A stretch of DNA of 64,000 bases. It comes from Pocillopora damicornis (taxonomy: Eukaryota). Made by a program: the position numbers and the translations under genes. Where the stretch lies: NCBI RefSeq assembly GCF_003704095.1, contig NW_020844479.1, positions 1-64,000 on the forward strand, written 5' to 3'. The notes under the pieces were generated by a model. The model saw nothing but the letters and a program-made list of their open reading frames with translations, was not told the DNA's origin and made no database searches. Below, one piece after another: positions 9,868 through 20,912 of this stretch (its first letter is position 1; each line of letters opens with the position of its first letter).

Positions 9868-12791
9868 ATGATGGCGGTTCGAATATGTATATTTCTGATA
9901 TTTTTCTCTGACTATTTCTCGATTTACTGCCGCGTTTCAGCATACAAAATTGTAAAAGTTGCAAACTACAACATTTGGAATGTTATGTTCCAGTGGGAAA
10001 CAAGAAAATACTTCATTGCGGAAATGGTAATTTTTCACGTTTTTTGATATAATTTCATATCCGTCTCTTGACATTAACATTCAACCTTCACATATTTATG
10101 TGTTTCCCGCTGTTTTGTTTATTTTTTTTTGGTAAGGCTATTCTTATAATCCCAGCGAAAATAGTCATTTGAAAGGTTAGGTGACTATTTTTCTGGCTAC
10201 GTTCAATTTAAAAAAGAGAAACAAATCAAAAGAGAACTATTTTAATCGATTTTTATATTTAACAAATTTAATCAAATTTAACGTTGTTAAATTGACGAAA
10301 GTTTTCGAAATTCATAAATATTAGAGATTCTTGATGTTGAAAAATCAAAGATCGCGAGATTCTTGCTCTTTTTCAATCTTTATAAAATGTTTGTTGGTGT
10401 TAGTAGGTAGCTGAGCCCGGTCAAATCTACCTGTCAGTTAACCCGTGTCAATGCCCGTGTCCACATGTTGGGAAGGGTTGAAATTTGTTTTATATTGACA
10501 TCAACTTGAAAGCTTGTTTGGGTTGGTACTTTCACTCAAATAACCATGTTGGATTTGTTAGTTTTGTTTTCACATTGTGACATACTGCTATTCTGTCAAG
10601 GGCACTCAAGTTTGTATTTATTTTTATTTTTGTTTTATGGTTTGCAATTTATTATTCCAGATAAATAAAATTAACCCAGATGTGATTGGTTTCCAAGAAG
10701 TGAGGGCTGATACTAAGGATGAAAGAAACCAGTTAACCGAGCTTCAAGAGTTAATTCCACGGTACAAACACCTAGTTTATCACCCTGTTTCCGTGGTTAC
10801 ACACCCAGCTGGTCAACAAGGCCCACCAGGGTGGGAACAGGAAGGCCTGGGACTACTCAGTAAACATCCCATAATACTAAGTCATGTTGTGAACCTTACC
10901 ATCGGGAAAGGTGGTGTTGATCGCAACAAGAGAGCTATACTTCATGCCCAAGTTGATATTGATGGTGATGAACTGGATATAACAGTGCTTCATTTATCTT
11001 ACGATAAAGCTCAGCAATGCCAAAATGCAGTGGATGTCATTAACTATATTGCATCAATGGGAAGTGAACGCTCTGTTTTACTGGGTGACTTCAATGCATA
11101 CAATGATTTCCATTGGCCTGTAAATGGAATAATGAAAGGGTCCTTTGACAAGCAAGGCCCATGCCACGCATCCAGTCATTTGGATCCACAGGGATTAAAC
11201 CAAGGATATGGCTTTGTGGATGCCTGGGTGACAGCAAATGGGAACAGCAAGGGATATACCTTCAGCAATATGGTGTGTTGTAGAAAGGTTTTTCTGCCAT
11301 GCTCTTGTATAAATGATCTTATCCTTTTTTTTTAATAGCATTTAATAATGTATATGAAAAAAAACTTGCTTCTGATTGGCTGAATGCAAAGTTGTTACAC
11401 TAATGTAAATTACAAATAGCGCACCCTTGCTTTCAAAACTTTTGTCTGTCTTAACTTCCAGTGATGTTTTTCCATCTACATTATTAACAAGTAATATCAT
11501 GATTCCTGTTGCAATTTGGTGTAATGAGCACTTGAAAATTTTTCAGATTCCAAATTGCACTTGCCCTACAGGCTTGTGCAATTTTGTTGTCTTTGAAAAA
11601 GACTAGTGCTTATTAACACCAAATTTTATTCAAAATCATGTTATCACCTATACAAATTTCATCCCCTCTTTCAGTTGTGCTGCCAAAACAGACTGCTTAA
11701 TATGCAGATTGCTGACAGGATTTGGTTTGCTGCTTAGCCTCCTATGCTTGCTGTTAAGTTGAAAAACAAAAAGCCAATACCTTCTTTACCAACGTCACTT
11801 TGACTTGTGCCCTATCCATTCCAAGAGCATTTTGCAGAAAAATTTTCCATTGGTTTATTTTGTCTGAACATTATCTGACTTAACCTTTTAACTCCCAAGA
11901 TCTCATTAGTAATTCTCCTTACTGTCTGCCATACAGTTCTTGTGATATTAGTTTGGAGAATTTGGTATTGGATCAACTCATAATCCCCTAATTGATATTT
12001 TTTCTTAATTCTCATAACTTGTCTCCTTGATTTTGTGTTGATATTGTAAGGAGAAATTCTGTCTTGGTCATTCATGGGAGTTAAAGGGTCAACAGTATCA
12101 TGTTCTTTTGGTTTCTTAACACTGATCTCAAAGCTCTTGCTAAGGGCACAAGCTAAAGATAAGCTTATTTTCTTTCCAGCCAGAGCCCGGACTCATTAGT
12201 CGGCCAGACAGGATCCTTGTTTCTTTAACTGGACTTCAAGTTGTGTCTGCTGAGATTCACGGAGATGGAAAAATCTACCAACAAAAGTACAGCTTGCAGA
12301 ATAAATGGCAAAGGCTTAAGAAAGCATACCTCATGGCCAAAGAAACTGCTTATGGTCCACGTTTTAAATACACTTGTCATCAGGACTGTGGCCCTCATGG
12401 ATCATGTCGGTGTGGTGTTTGTGTTAAAGGAGGAGATACAAATAACTGCGAGTTGCCCTTCTGCTTTGAATGCAATGCCGAGCACTTAAACAATTTTATC
12501 TTAATTTTTGTGCTATATTCCACAACTTTGGTATTTTTCCTGTACATTCTCATAAAAATGTTGATACAAAGATGTTTTTCAAAGACGAGAAGAGTGCATG
12601 CCAGGGTCTTGTTTTTGTTGTCGAATAGAACACTAGGAATAGTTGTGGTTTGTTTAATGGCTGCTCTTTACTTCATCACAATGACTTTGCTACAAGACAC
12701 CTTGGAAACTGTTAATGGAAGGATTGCAGAAGAAATGTTTCCTTCAGATCATATGATGGTCACTGCAAGCTTGAAGTTTACATATAGATAG
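9868..12791 (+). CDS. EEP (endonuclease/exonuclease/phosphatase) superfamily protein, ~460 aa, with a probable signal peptide, a Cys-rich module and two TM helices
   Basis: Exons 9868-10026, 10661-11272, 12180-12791, joined by phase-0 GT-AG introns. EEP motifs appear in order: NYNIWN, DVIGFQEV, GLLSKHPI, VLHLSY, LLGDFNA, FVDAW, YTF, RPDRIL, FPSDH. Confidence 0.9.
11880..12092 (+). mobile_element. piggyBac-like MITE (~210 bp)
   Basis: TTAACCTTTTAACTCCCA...TGGGAGTTAAAGGGTCAA terminal inverted repeats with TTAA-type ends. One of many copies in the window. Confidence 0.75.
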
Positions 12792-13528
12792 CACAAACTG
12801 ATAATCAAAATAAGTAACCATGGTCCATGGTCTTCCCAACTGAATTTAAATAATGTATTCAAAGAAACAAGTGACCAATACTTAAAATTTTTTATTCTTG
12901 AGAAAAGAAATTTACTTACCNNNNNNNNNNNNNNNNNNNNNNNNNNNNNNNNNNNNNNNNNNNNNNNNNNNNNNNNNNNNNNNNNNNNNNNNNNNNTAAA
13001 CAATACTTCATGCCACAGAAATTTGCAAGGGAAGACTTCGAATCTCACTTTTCCTTGCCCCTTTATGAAATTTATACATAACATCCTTATTGGGGGCTTA
13101 AGTATGCCTTTGGACCCTTTGCCAACGTCTACAGAGATGATACGTGCACTAACAGAAGTCTATGAACATTCTATATATATAATTTACAGCCCTAAGAATG
13201 AAAGAGATTTAAAAAATAAGTGTTTAACAGCTTATCTGGGTTTTTCTGTGGTCTTCACTGAAGTTTTCTCTTCTTCATGATGAAGTTGCCTTTCTTCCCT
13301 GACCTTTTCAAGTCTGTTGCGTCACTCATTATGTATGCAATATAATTAAACGTCTTTCAATAACACTATTTATAAGAAATTTACATAAAGGTTCTTTACA
13401 TTCAAACATTACCACATTGAGGGTTAAAACATAGTTCTTGTGTAAAGCAAGTGTGAAAGAATAATAATAAATGTTCTTTTGTGTTTGCAGTTTGTTAGTA
13501 TTTTTGTTGATAATCCTTTCATCTATTA

Positions 13529-16500
13529 TCACTTTACAGCATTGTATTCCACAGACTTTGATGGATCTGCAGGAAACTTCTTTTGGCAAAAGGTCATCAG
13601 ACGTTTTAGTCCCTGAGAAAGAACAAAACTGGTTCACTGCAACATATTTACGACATTTTAAGACATAACTTATTGATTTCATTAGATAACTATTTTTTAT
13701 CATTATTTTCCATCTTAATCTTTACCTGAATGTACTTCCTTTGAGTTTCATCATTGAGAACATCTGATAAAACAAAAGTTAAGGGAACATAGCAATAAAT
13801 GGAAACTTGATGGGCTACATCATTTGGGTAGAAGTGACTGTTAACCCCTTCACCTCCAAGATCTTATGAGTAATTCTCCTCAATTTTTGCCTTACAATTT
13901 TTGTGGTGTCAGTTCGGAGAATTTGGTATTTGATCAACTTATGATCCCCTAGCTGATATTTTTCATTATTCCCATCAGTTGTCTACCTGATGTTGTACTG
14001 AAATTGTAAGGAGAAATTCTGTCTTGGCCCTCTATAGGAGTTGAAAGTTTAAGAGAATTGTGATCGTTGTACTTGAGCTTTAAAATTCAGTGGAAATCCT
14101 CCTGTAAATTAGCAAACATCAAACCAGTAAACAGGTAAAAGGGATACGAGCCACATTCTGAGCAAAAATTTTTTCTCTTCCTGTTCGTGCGTGAATTCCC
14201 ACCATAGTTACACCAATAGGCCAAGGTGCATTTCCTATTGCCATCTGAAGATATGAGTCATTGGCCTGTAGGATAAAATATAGTGATGCTTATCAAAATA
14301 AGCTTCCCTTTAAAATATCCTTCATTAGCAACAAAAATTTCTTATGAAAGTCCTACTAAAAGTTGTCTTAAATATCTTTTAACTCTTTCCACCCTAGCAT
14401 CAGTATGCATATTCTCCACTCTGCTCTCTATACATTTCCTGATGTGCTGACAAGGAGAATTTGTTTAACAATCAAGAGCTTCTTTAGTTGGTGATCATTT
14501 CCTCTTTTCTTGTAACTTTAATGTTTGATTCAAGGGTGATATTGTAAGGAGAAATTAAAGGCTATCACTCTCAGGGGTCCAAGGGTTGAATTGGAGTATA
14601 GTCTCTAGATGGAATTTTTTTTTTTGGAAACCAATCAAAACAATGAATAAAATCAATGAAAGATTAAAGTAAAATCAAAGTAACTAACATCATTGAATTG
14701 ACTTCATACCTTGACATACTCTCTTTCTAAAAGATTCATTATGATGGTTGTTAATGCACCAAGAATATCTTGAGGTGTTTTCTGTATGGAAACAACAAAC
14801 AAATCTGACATCAATAAGTGCAAGTGTCTGAGGTTTTTAGATGACATTTAATAAGTTCAACATCTTTTTTTTTTATAGCAGAAATTTCCACATAGAAAAA
14901 ATCTATGTCATTTTTTAATTTAAAGTTATCACTCTGATAATTATAGAACTCTTATTGTTGATGACTTTGAAAAGCCATGATAATTGTTAAAAAAGGACAG
15001 TTCTCCAAGTTTATTGTTTACCTTATTTTTAAGTTTTCTCAACAATGGCTTCAGATATGATTCTGTCTGTCTTTGAGTAGCACCTGCCAATTTTGCCTAT
15101 TTGCAAACAAAATAAATAAAGTAAAAAAACAAATAACTTGGTCAATATATTCAGCACCTAAACATGCTTTTGACACAGATAAACACAACTGGAAAGAATC
15201 CACTTGTGTTTAAAATACCAAAGGCTAGGAGGCAGACAAGTTGGCTATTTGCAAGCCACAGCACAGGGGTGACCTGAAGACTACACATGTGTGTTGACAC
15301 CTGGAGACTGCATGGGCTGATACTGATATTTGATTGTGACATATGATTGTCTGCATGAGGGTAGTCCAAAGAGGGACTGTTATCAGTTGTACTGACTAAT
15401 GCTTCAAAAACCTGAGTGGAAGTCACCATCATAGTCTAGTGAGGAGTTCTTGTCAATCAAGTTCACGTAAACTGCTAGTCAATCTTGCTGTGATGTTAAA
15501 ATCATACTGATCTGTTGTAAACATTCCATTTTGGTTCCAAAGGAAAAAAAGAGATGGATTCATGTATTGTAGATCTTCAGTTACTATTATAGTAATTTCA
15601 ATTTCTAATTCTGTAGTGAATCATGAAAAATGCTCTAGCTCTAGCTCAAGGTTTTTTTTTTTTTAACAATTTTAGTGTAGTGTGCTACCTCAAGGCTTCT
15701 TTTGCTATCATCAGATCTTGTCTTGCAATCCTTAGCCCATAAACCAAGGAGGAACTAAAGGGAAAGCAAAACAAACAGACATCTAATGACAAACAGAATC
15801 TATTTTGCTGTGGGTTTGTACAGTAATAGACACAGATGACGTCAAATTGTGTTAAGAGCATTAATGACATGCTCAGCTGTGGGTCATCTGCTGCATGCTT
15901 GTTTTTTTTTTTTTTTTTCATCAGTGCCTTTATCCAAATGACAATTTATACTTTAATACTGCATTATTAACAATTTTCTGTGAAAGTACAATCTGCAGTT
16001 CACCTGAATAAACTTTAAGATGACATCTTGATCCAAATTTTCATTACCTTTACCCATATTTATGGCCAGTTCCTTCAAAAAAAATAGAGAATATATTGTG
16101 CATATAGTTTAAAAAATACACAAAAATTAGCATTAAAAATATCTTTTTAATTGCAAAATATATTCAAAAGTAGAAAGCTAACCAAAGATAAATTTACCTT
16201 GATATCCTCCAAGGTTGTTCCATCTTCTTCAACTTGTGACGATTCTTCACTTTCTGAACTTTGTTGTTCACCACCACCCTACAAAAACATCCTTCTGATT
16301 AATTGCCTTATTCTCCTTACCATCTTCCACAAAAGTCTGTTTTGAGCCAAGTGCTCATCTAGTCACTGCTTATCCTGATTTCCTTAGCATCAAGTGACAA
16401 AACATTTTTACCCCCTCCTTCCCTAGATGAGATGCCAGTTCATCACAAAGTTACCCCTCCCAGCATTTCATCAGGCCTCCCTGACAATTCACCAGTACCC

Positions 16501-19500
16501 ATTTATACTCCTGGATGGAGAGAGGCACTGTTGGTGTTTTGCCCAAGAACTTAACACAATGACCTGGCTAGGTCTCACACTCGCAGAGGTCAGAATGGCC
16601 GAGTGGCTAGGGCGCTGGACTTATAATCTGGTGGTCCTGGATTCAAGTCCTCCACCCTACCACTCACTAGATTTGTCCTCAGTCACCCCTATTTCAACTA
16701 CTCAGCTGTGCTGTGTAAATAAGCCAACTGTTTTGTCTCCTGCCAGTTGGGATTTTCAAGCACTTTATGTTTATCTGAACTATTTGTTTCTCCCTCTTTT
16801 CTGGCCCAGAATTTAAACTACTTAGTCCATCAGTAATTGTGATAGCCATTAAAGTCTATTTTTTTTAACTCTGACCTCTTGAAACGGAGTCCAGCAAACT
16901 AACCATTAGGCTGCTGTGTTTGACACTATCTGGCATACATTTCTCAAAATTTGTAACCACATATTTAATAAAAATCATTCATTAATTTTTTTTGTCATCT
17001 TTTGTTCGATGAGAGCATACCTGCTGTTTAATTAACTCTGCTAAATATTCCTGATCCACTCTTTCCATGGCGGCTTTGAAGTCATTCCTCAAACCCTGGT
17101 GCAAAACAAAACAAAAAACAAAACAAAAAAACAAAAAAGCAAAAAAAAAAAAAAAAGAAAGAAAAACTGAATAAATGTACAAAAGGATCCTCTTTGGAAT
17201 TTTTGCATGGTATGCAGTAAACTTTTCTCTGCGCAACCTCTCAGTGTTAAAAGTAGATATTTATGTTTCTGTAGGATTAAACAAAATGTTGTGAATCTTC
17301 AAGCATTATTAATTCTTTCAGTAATTCCCTCTTTTATCTCTGTTGTTCTCTTATCTGTATACAACATTGTGTTAATCAACAACAGGCTCTGTAAATTGAA
17401 TTTAAAACAAAAAAAGTTGGATTGAATTTCAATTCAATACCTTATTAATTTCTGGAGCAAGCATCTCAATTCGCCTATTGATTAAAAATACATTTTTTAC
17501 TATCAGTGTTTTGCATACAATCCTGTTAAAGCTAATCATGGGGAGACACACTGACTCAGCACTCCTAGCTTGACTTTTTTCAAAGAATTAAATCTGCCAA
17601 CAATGAAAAAAAAAGCTCAGGCAAGTAAGGAAAGTCTGGAAGAAAACAGTGGAACATATCTGAGTAATACTCCATCAAAATGTTTAGTACCTCACTTTGA
17701 CCTCAGACCATAAAACTAAGTCAGAAAAACCTTATCACTTGCTATATAACTATCCAAAACAGGTTACAAATTTAGTCATCAAATTTTGTCATGGTCACCA
17801 AAGCTACCTAAATAGTCACAGCTTGGAGCACTATAACTACAAACCTCAATCTTTGACAAGCTTCCTCATCACTCTCAGCAAACAATCTAATTGGTTCTGC
17901 CCTTTCCCTCAATCTACGAATCACCTTTTGAAAGAACATGAAGAAAAGTCTTCTGTACCTGCCACAAACATTTCTTACAGATGAATATGGAGAAATCCAA
18001 TTACTGCAAGGAAGATCAAAGGAGGTACAAATCTGTCTCCTATATAATTATCTAATGCTGATAACAGCTGATTTCAATGAAATGCTGTTTTTATGTTCTA
18101 GTAATTAATTTCATTGGAGTATTTTCAACTTTCTTAGAGATTTGTGAGTAATTTCATTTCTGCTAGTTACTGCTAAATTACTGCTAAATTACAATAATGA
18201 CCTCCTCTCTTGGAATCAGAGCAGAATTTGCTTCATTTTCATCTTTTTTTCTTTTGAAGGCAGCAAATATATCATCATCTGCAGCCCTTTTACCAGCTCT
18301 CTCCTGAAAATGGGTCAACAAAAAACTCTCACAAGGCATATTTCGGTTATTAAAAACATAAATATTACTGTCATAGTAAGTGCATTAAATTCATGATCAT
18401 CGTTAATTTTGCTTGTGTTCTTCAATTCACACTGTCTCCTACCAGGCTATAACACTTTTGGCAAAGCAAAGGGATTTCAGAGGAACCTGGAAGCTGCCAG
18501 AGTTCCCTCAGCTTCTTAATAACATGCTGCCGGTTATGCTGGTCCAAAAACAATTACCTTTTAGCTCTTAAACCCTATAACTCCCATGAGTGACCAATAC
18601 AGAATTTCTCCTTACAATATCAATACAATATCAACCAGATAAGTGTTGAGAATAAAAAAAAATATCAATTTGGGGATAATTAGTTGAGCCAATACTAAAT
18701 TCTCTAAACTAACATTATAAGAATGGTATGGTCGACAGTAAGGAGAATTACAAATTTGATCTGGGGGTTTAAGGGTTAATGAACTCCTCACAGTCACCTG
18801 CTTTTACCAAGTCCAACCCCAACTCCAAACCATTTTGAAATCCCTGAAAGCAGTATCCTATAGAACCTCTTATTCAAAGAGAAAAATCATTTACCTCTTT
18901 TTCCTGAAGCCTTTTCTAGATTGGAATTAAAAATATACAAAGTGTTAGAAGACTAAATTCATTTCGTAAAATTAATTTGCATTTAAAATTTGTGAGAAAT
19001 CAAGTACTGGAGGCTTTTACCTCTTGCTTTTTTCTATAGTCTTCTGCCTGTTTAGCAGTTAGGTCCCCACGCTTAAAGTATTTTTTATTCTGGTGAAAGA
19101 CAAAAATAATATCATGATGCAGCCTATATTACTGACATTAGCAACCAACTAAATAAATAAAAATGTTGTTTGTAAATATGAATGTTGTAAAAACTGAAAT
19201 ACCTCCACTGACCAATTCTAAGAAGGGCATAACTTAATGCTATTACTAAGAAAATGTTTTAATGCTGTTAAATTAATAAATGATAAATTTGCAACTTCTT
19301 TATGCTCTCTCAGCATAAAATTGTTGGCTACAGTAGCATAACACAGCCATATTCAGAACTGATGTTAATAGGTCCCCTAAAGTTTATTTATGTTTACCAA
19401 AATGTCATTTAAACCTTTACTTCCAAGATCACACAATCAATTCTCCTTACTGCATACCATATATTTACTTATGTTTTAGCTCTGAGAATTTGGTGTTAAA

Positions 19501-20271
19501 TCAAGTACTCTCACTAAGTTATTCAGTTTTTTTCTTCACCTTTCTGCTTGTTTACCTGCATATGTTGCAAAGAGGAATTCTTTTTGGATCATTTGTGGAA
19601 GCGAAAGGGTCAACAATGTTTTTAATTGATTACATTGGGTCAAAGTAAGCCTCAAATGTACAAAATGTAAGTTAAACCAAAAAGAACTATCACAGCACAG
19701 AAAGGAAAATCAAGATAGTTGATTCACTTCCTATTTTAGTGATAATGATTACCAGTCTAAATTCTCTTTTGTTCCAAAAGTGATTTGGTGATATATTTTT
19801 TGTTAATCTCTTGATTTATCTAGCAGTCTTGACTTGATCTATCTGCGGTGGTCGGCATGCAGATTGTAAACGTGCATGTAGATGTAGTTATAATTTTTTG
19901 TGCGCCTGCAGTACAAATTCCAAGGCTCAAATTATTTACTGAAAACAACTATGTTTTACTGTGTGCACAGCTTGCTCTTTGTCTTTCCTTTGCCAAACAA
20001 ATTCTTTCTTCTTGGTTAAGTATTTAAAAAGTTAAGAGAGAAGAAAATTTGAAAACGAACCGTGAATAGATATGATTAAGACATATTCATCTTGCAAACA
20101 TAGATAAAGAATAGGAGAATCCTATTCGAGCTGGTTCTGTTCGAATTTATCACATTTTGGCCAAACGTTTCTCTTGTATTGTAGTTCTAATTTAAAGATA
20201 CTTACCGATGTGACTTCATTTTGATCTATCTGTTTCCTTTTTCTATCGAGTTCAGCAAGAAGAAAGTCCAT
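13529..20271 (-). CDS. PRPF18: Pre-mRNA-splicing factor 18 (15 coding exons)
   Basis: Exons 20206-20271, 19021-19089, 18895-18915, 18202-18303, 17845-17924, 17441-17474, 17021-17095, 16198-16278, 16004-16072, 15689-15754, 15022-15096, 14710-14781, 14148-14265, 13726-13763, 13529-13612. Encodes [31 protein letters not shown] and [34 protein letters not shown]...[23 protein letters not shown]. Confidence 0.97.
13764..14147 (-). other. Probable U12-type (minor spliceosome) GT-AG intron of PRPF18
   Basis: Donor GTATCCCTTTT. Branch-point-like TTCCCTTAAC at 13778-13787 ends 14 nt before the exon. Splits a His codon (phase 1). Confidence 0.75.
13841..14052 (+). mobile_element. piggyBac-like MITE copy inside the U12-type intron
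   Basis: TTAACCCCTTCACCTCCAAGATC...GGAGTTGAAAGTTTAA. Same family as 11880-12092. Confidence 0.7.
14379..14589 (+). mobile_element. piggyBac-like MITE (related subfamily)
   Basis: TTAACTCTTTCCACCC...AAGGAGAAATT...AAGGGTTGA. Shares internal blocks with the other copies. Confidence 0.6.
15340..15432 (-). repeat. Degenerate Penelope-like terminal repeat fragment
   Basis: Minus strand GATGGTGACTTCCACTCAGGTTTTTGAAGCATTAGTCA...ACAGTCCCTCTTTGGACTACCCTCA resembles, from memory, the CTGAAGATGAC...CAGGTTGTCGAAACGTCAGTC repeats of Penelope-like elements. The hammerhead core is mutated. Confidence 0.4.
16343..16915. mobile_element. Nested SINEs: a plus-strand tRNA-derived SINE (~16584-16815) inside a minus-strand SINE (~16343-16580 plus ~16868-16915)
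   Basis: Inner element has a TGGCCGAGTGG...GGATTCAAGTCC head and a GTAAATAAGCCAACTG...CCTGCCAGTTGGGATT body. Related fragments lie at ~15200-15300 and ~41060-41260 (-). The outer element's tRNA-like head is split by the insertion. Confidence 0.65.
18568..18779 (-). mobile_element. piggyBac-like MITE copy
   Basis: AACCCTATAACTCCCATGAG...GGGGTTTAAGGGTTAA. Reverse orientation of the 11880 family. Further partial copies at ~5025-5235, 6572-6745, 19409-19613, 31975-32140 and 51212-51350. Confidence 0.75.
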
Positions 20272-20379
20272 TATACTTACAACCTCTCGAAGGTTACAGT
20301 TTCTCCTAATAATTACTAACTCGTATAAAAGCGGAATAGTATCCTGGCAAGATTTTTCATTAAACCCGAGAAGACCCTG

Positions 20380-20430
20380 GGAATGAAAAGTTACGTGACA
20401 AACTGGACTTCCGGCGGAAATGCCGTTAGA
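20380..20430. promoter_or_regulatory. Candidate bidirectional promoter core between PRPF18 and the otopetrin-like gene
   Basis: Overlapping inverted ETS-type sites ACTTCCGG/GCGGAAAT (20407-20421) plus TTACGTGAC, lying between divergent ATGs at 20271 and 20913. Confidence 0.45.
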
Positions 20431-20912
20431 ATTTCCTTCTGAGGCTTGGGTTTTCTTGCGAAAACTTCATAAAATTACAGTTAGAAAAGTTGATCGGATG
20501 AAATCTACAAGAAAGGCTTCATTTTTTCACTGCTTCTTTGTTTTCTGAAGATTTCCTTTTATCAAATATTTAATGCAATCCTTAATCGACCCCATTCCTT
20601 TCTAGGGTGCTTTCCCCATATGCTGAAAGTAACGCTTGCGTCTACGTCAATTTTTTTCCGAGAGACCTGATTCTACAAGTCCACTTAGTTATTTGAACTC
20701 ATTGTGACCTTCGGCCGCATTCGTGTATTGAGTCGAAAACATCTTAAAGGTACGCTTTATCACTCTTAAATTATGGTTTTAGAGAGATCAATTGTGATTC
20801 TTTGTTTTTAATCACATTTTGCAGCTGTGAGGTCAAAGTCAAGCGGAGTTCTGTCCAGAAGACGTCGAACTGCTCAAACCTGTTGTAGTATTTTCCGTTT
20901 CGCCCAGACACG

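Noticed and set aside
8346-12791. Operon-like nuclease plus RNA-repair pair (275-aa gene and EEP gene)
   Set aside because: Adjacent and co-oriented, but this is a eukaryotic locus and the EEP appears to enter the secretory pathway. No evidence of functional coupling.
15340-15432. Active hammerhead ribozyme
   Set aside because: The CUGANGA and GAAA core nucleotides are mutated. At most a decayed Penelope-type repeat.
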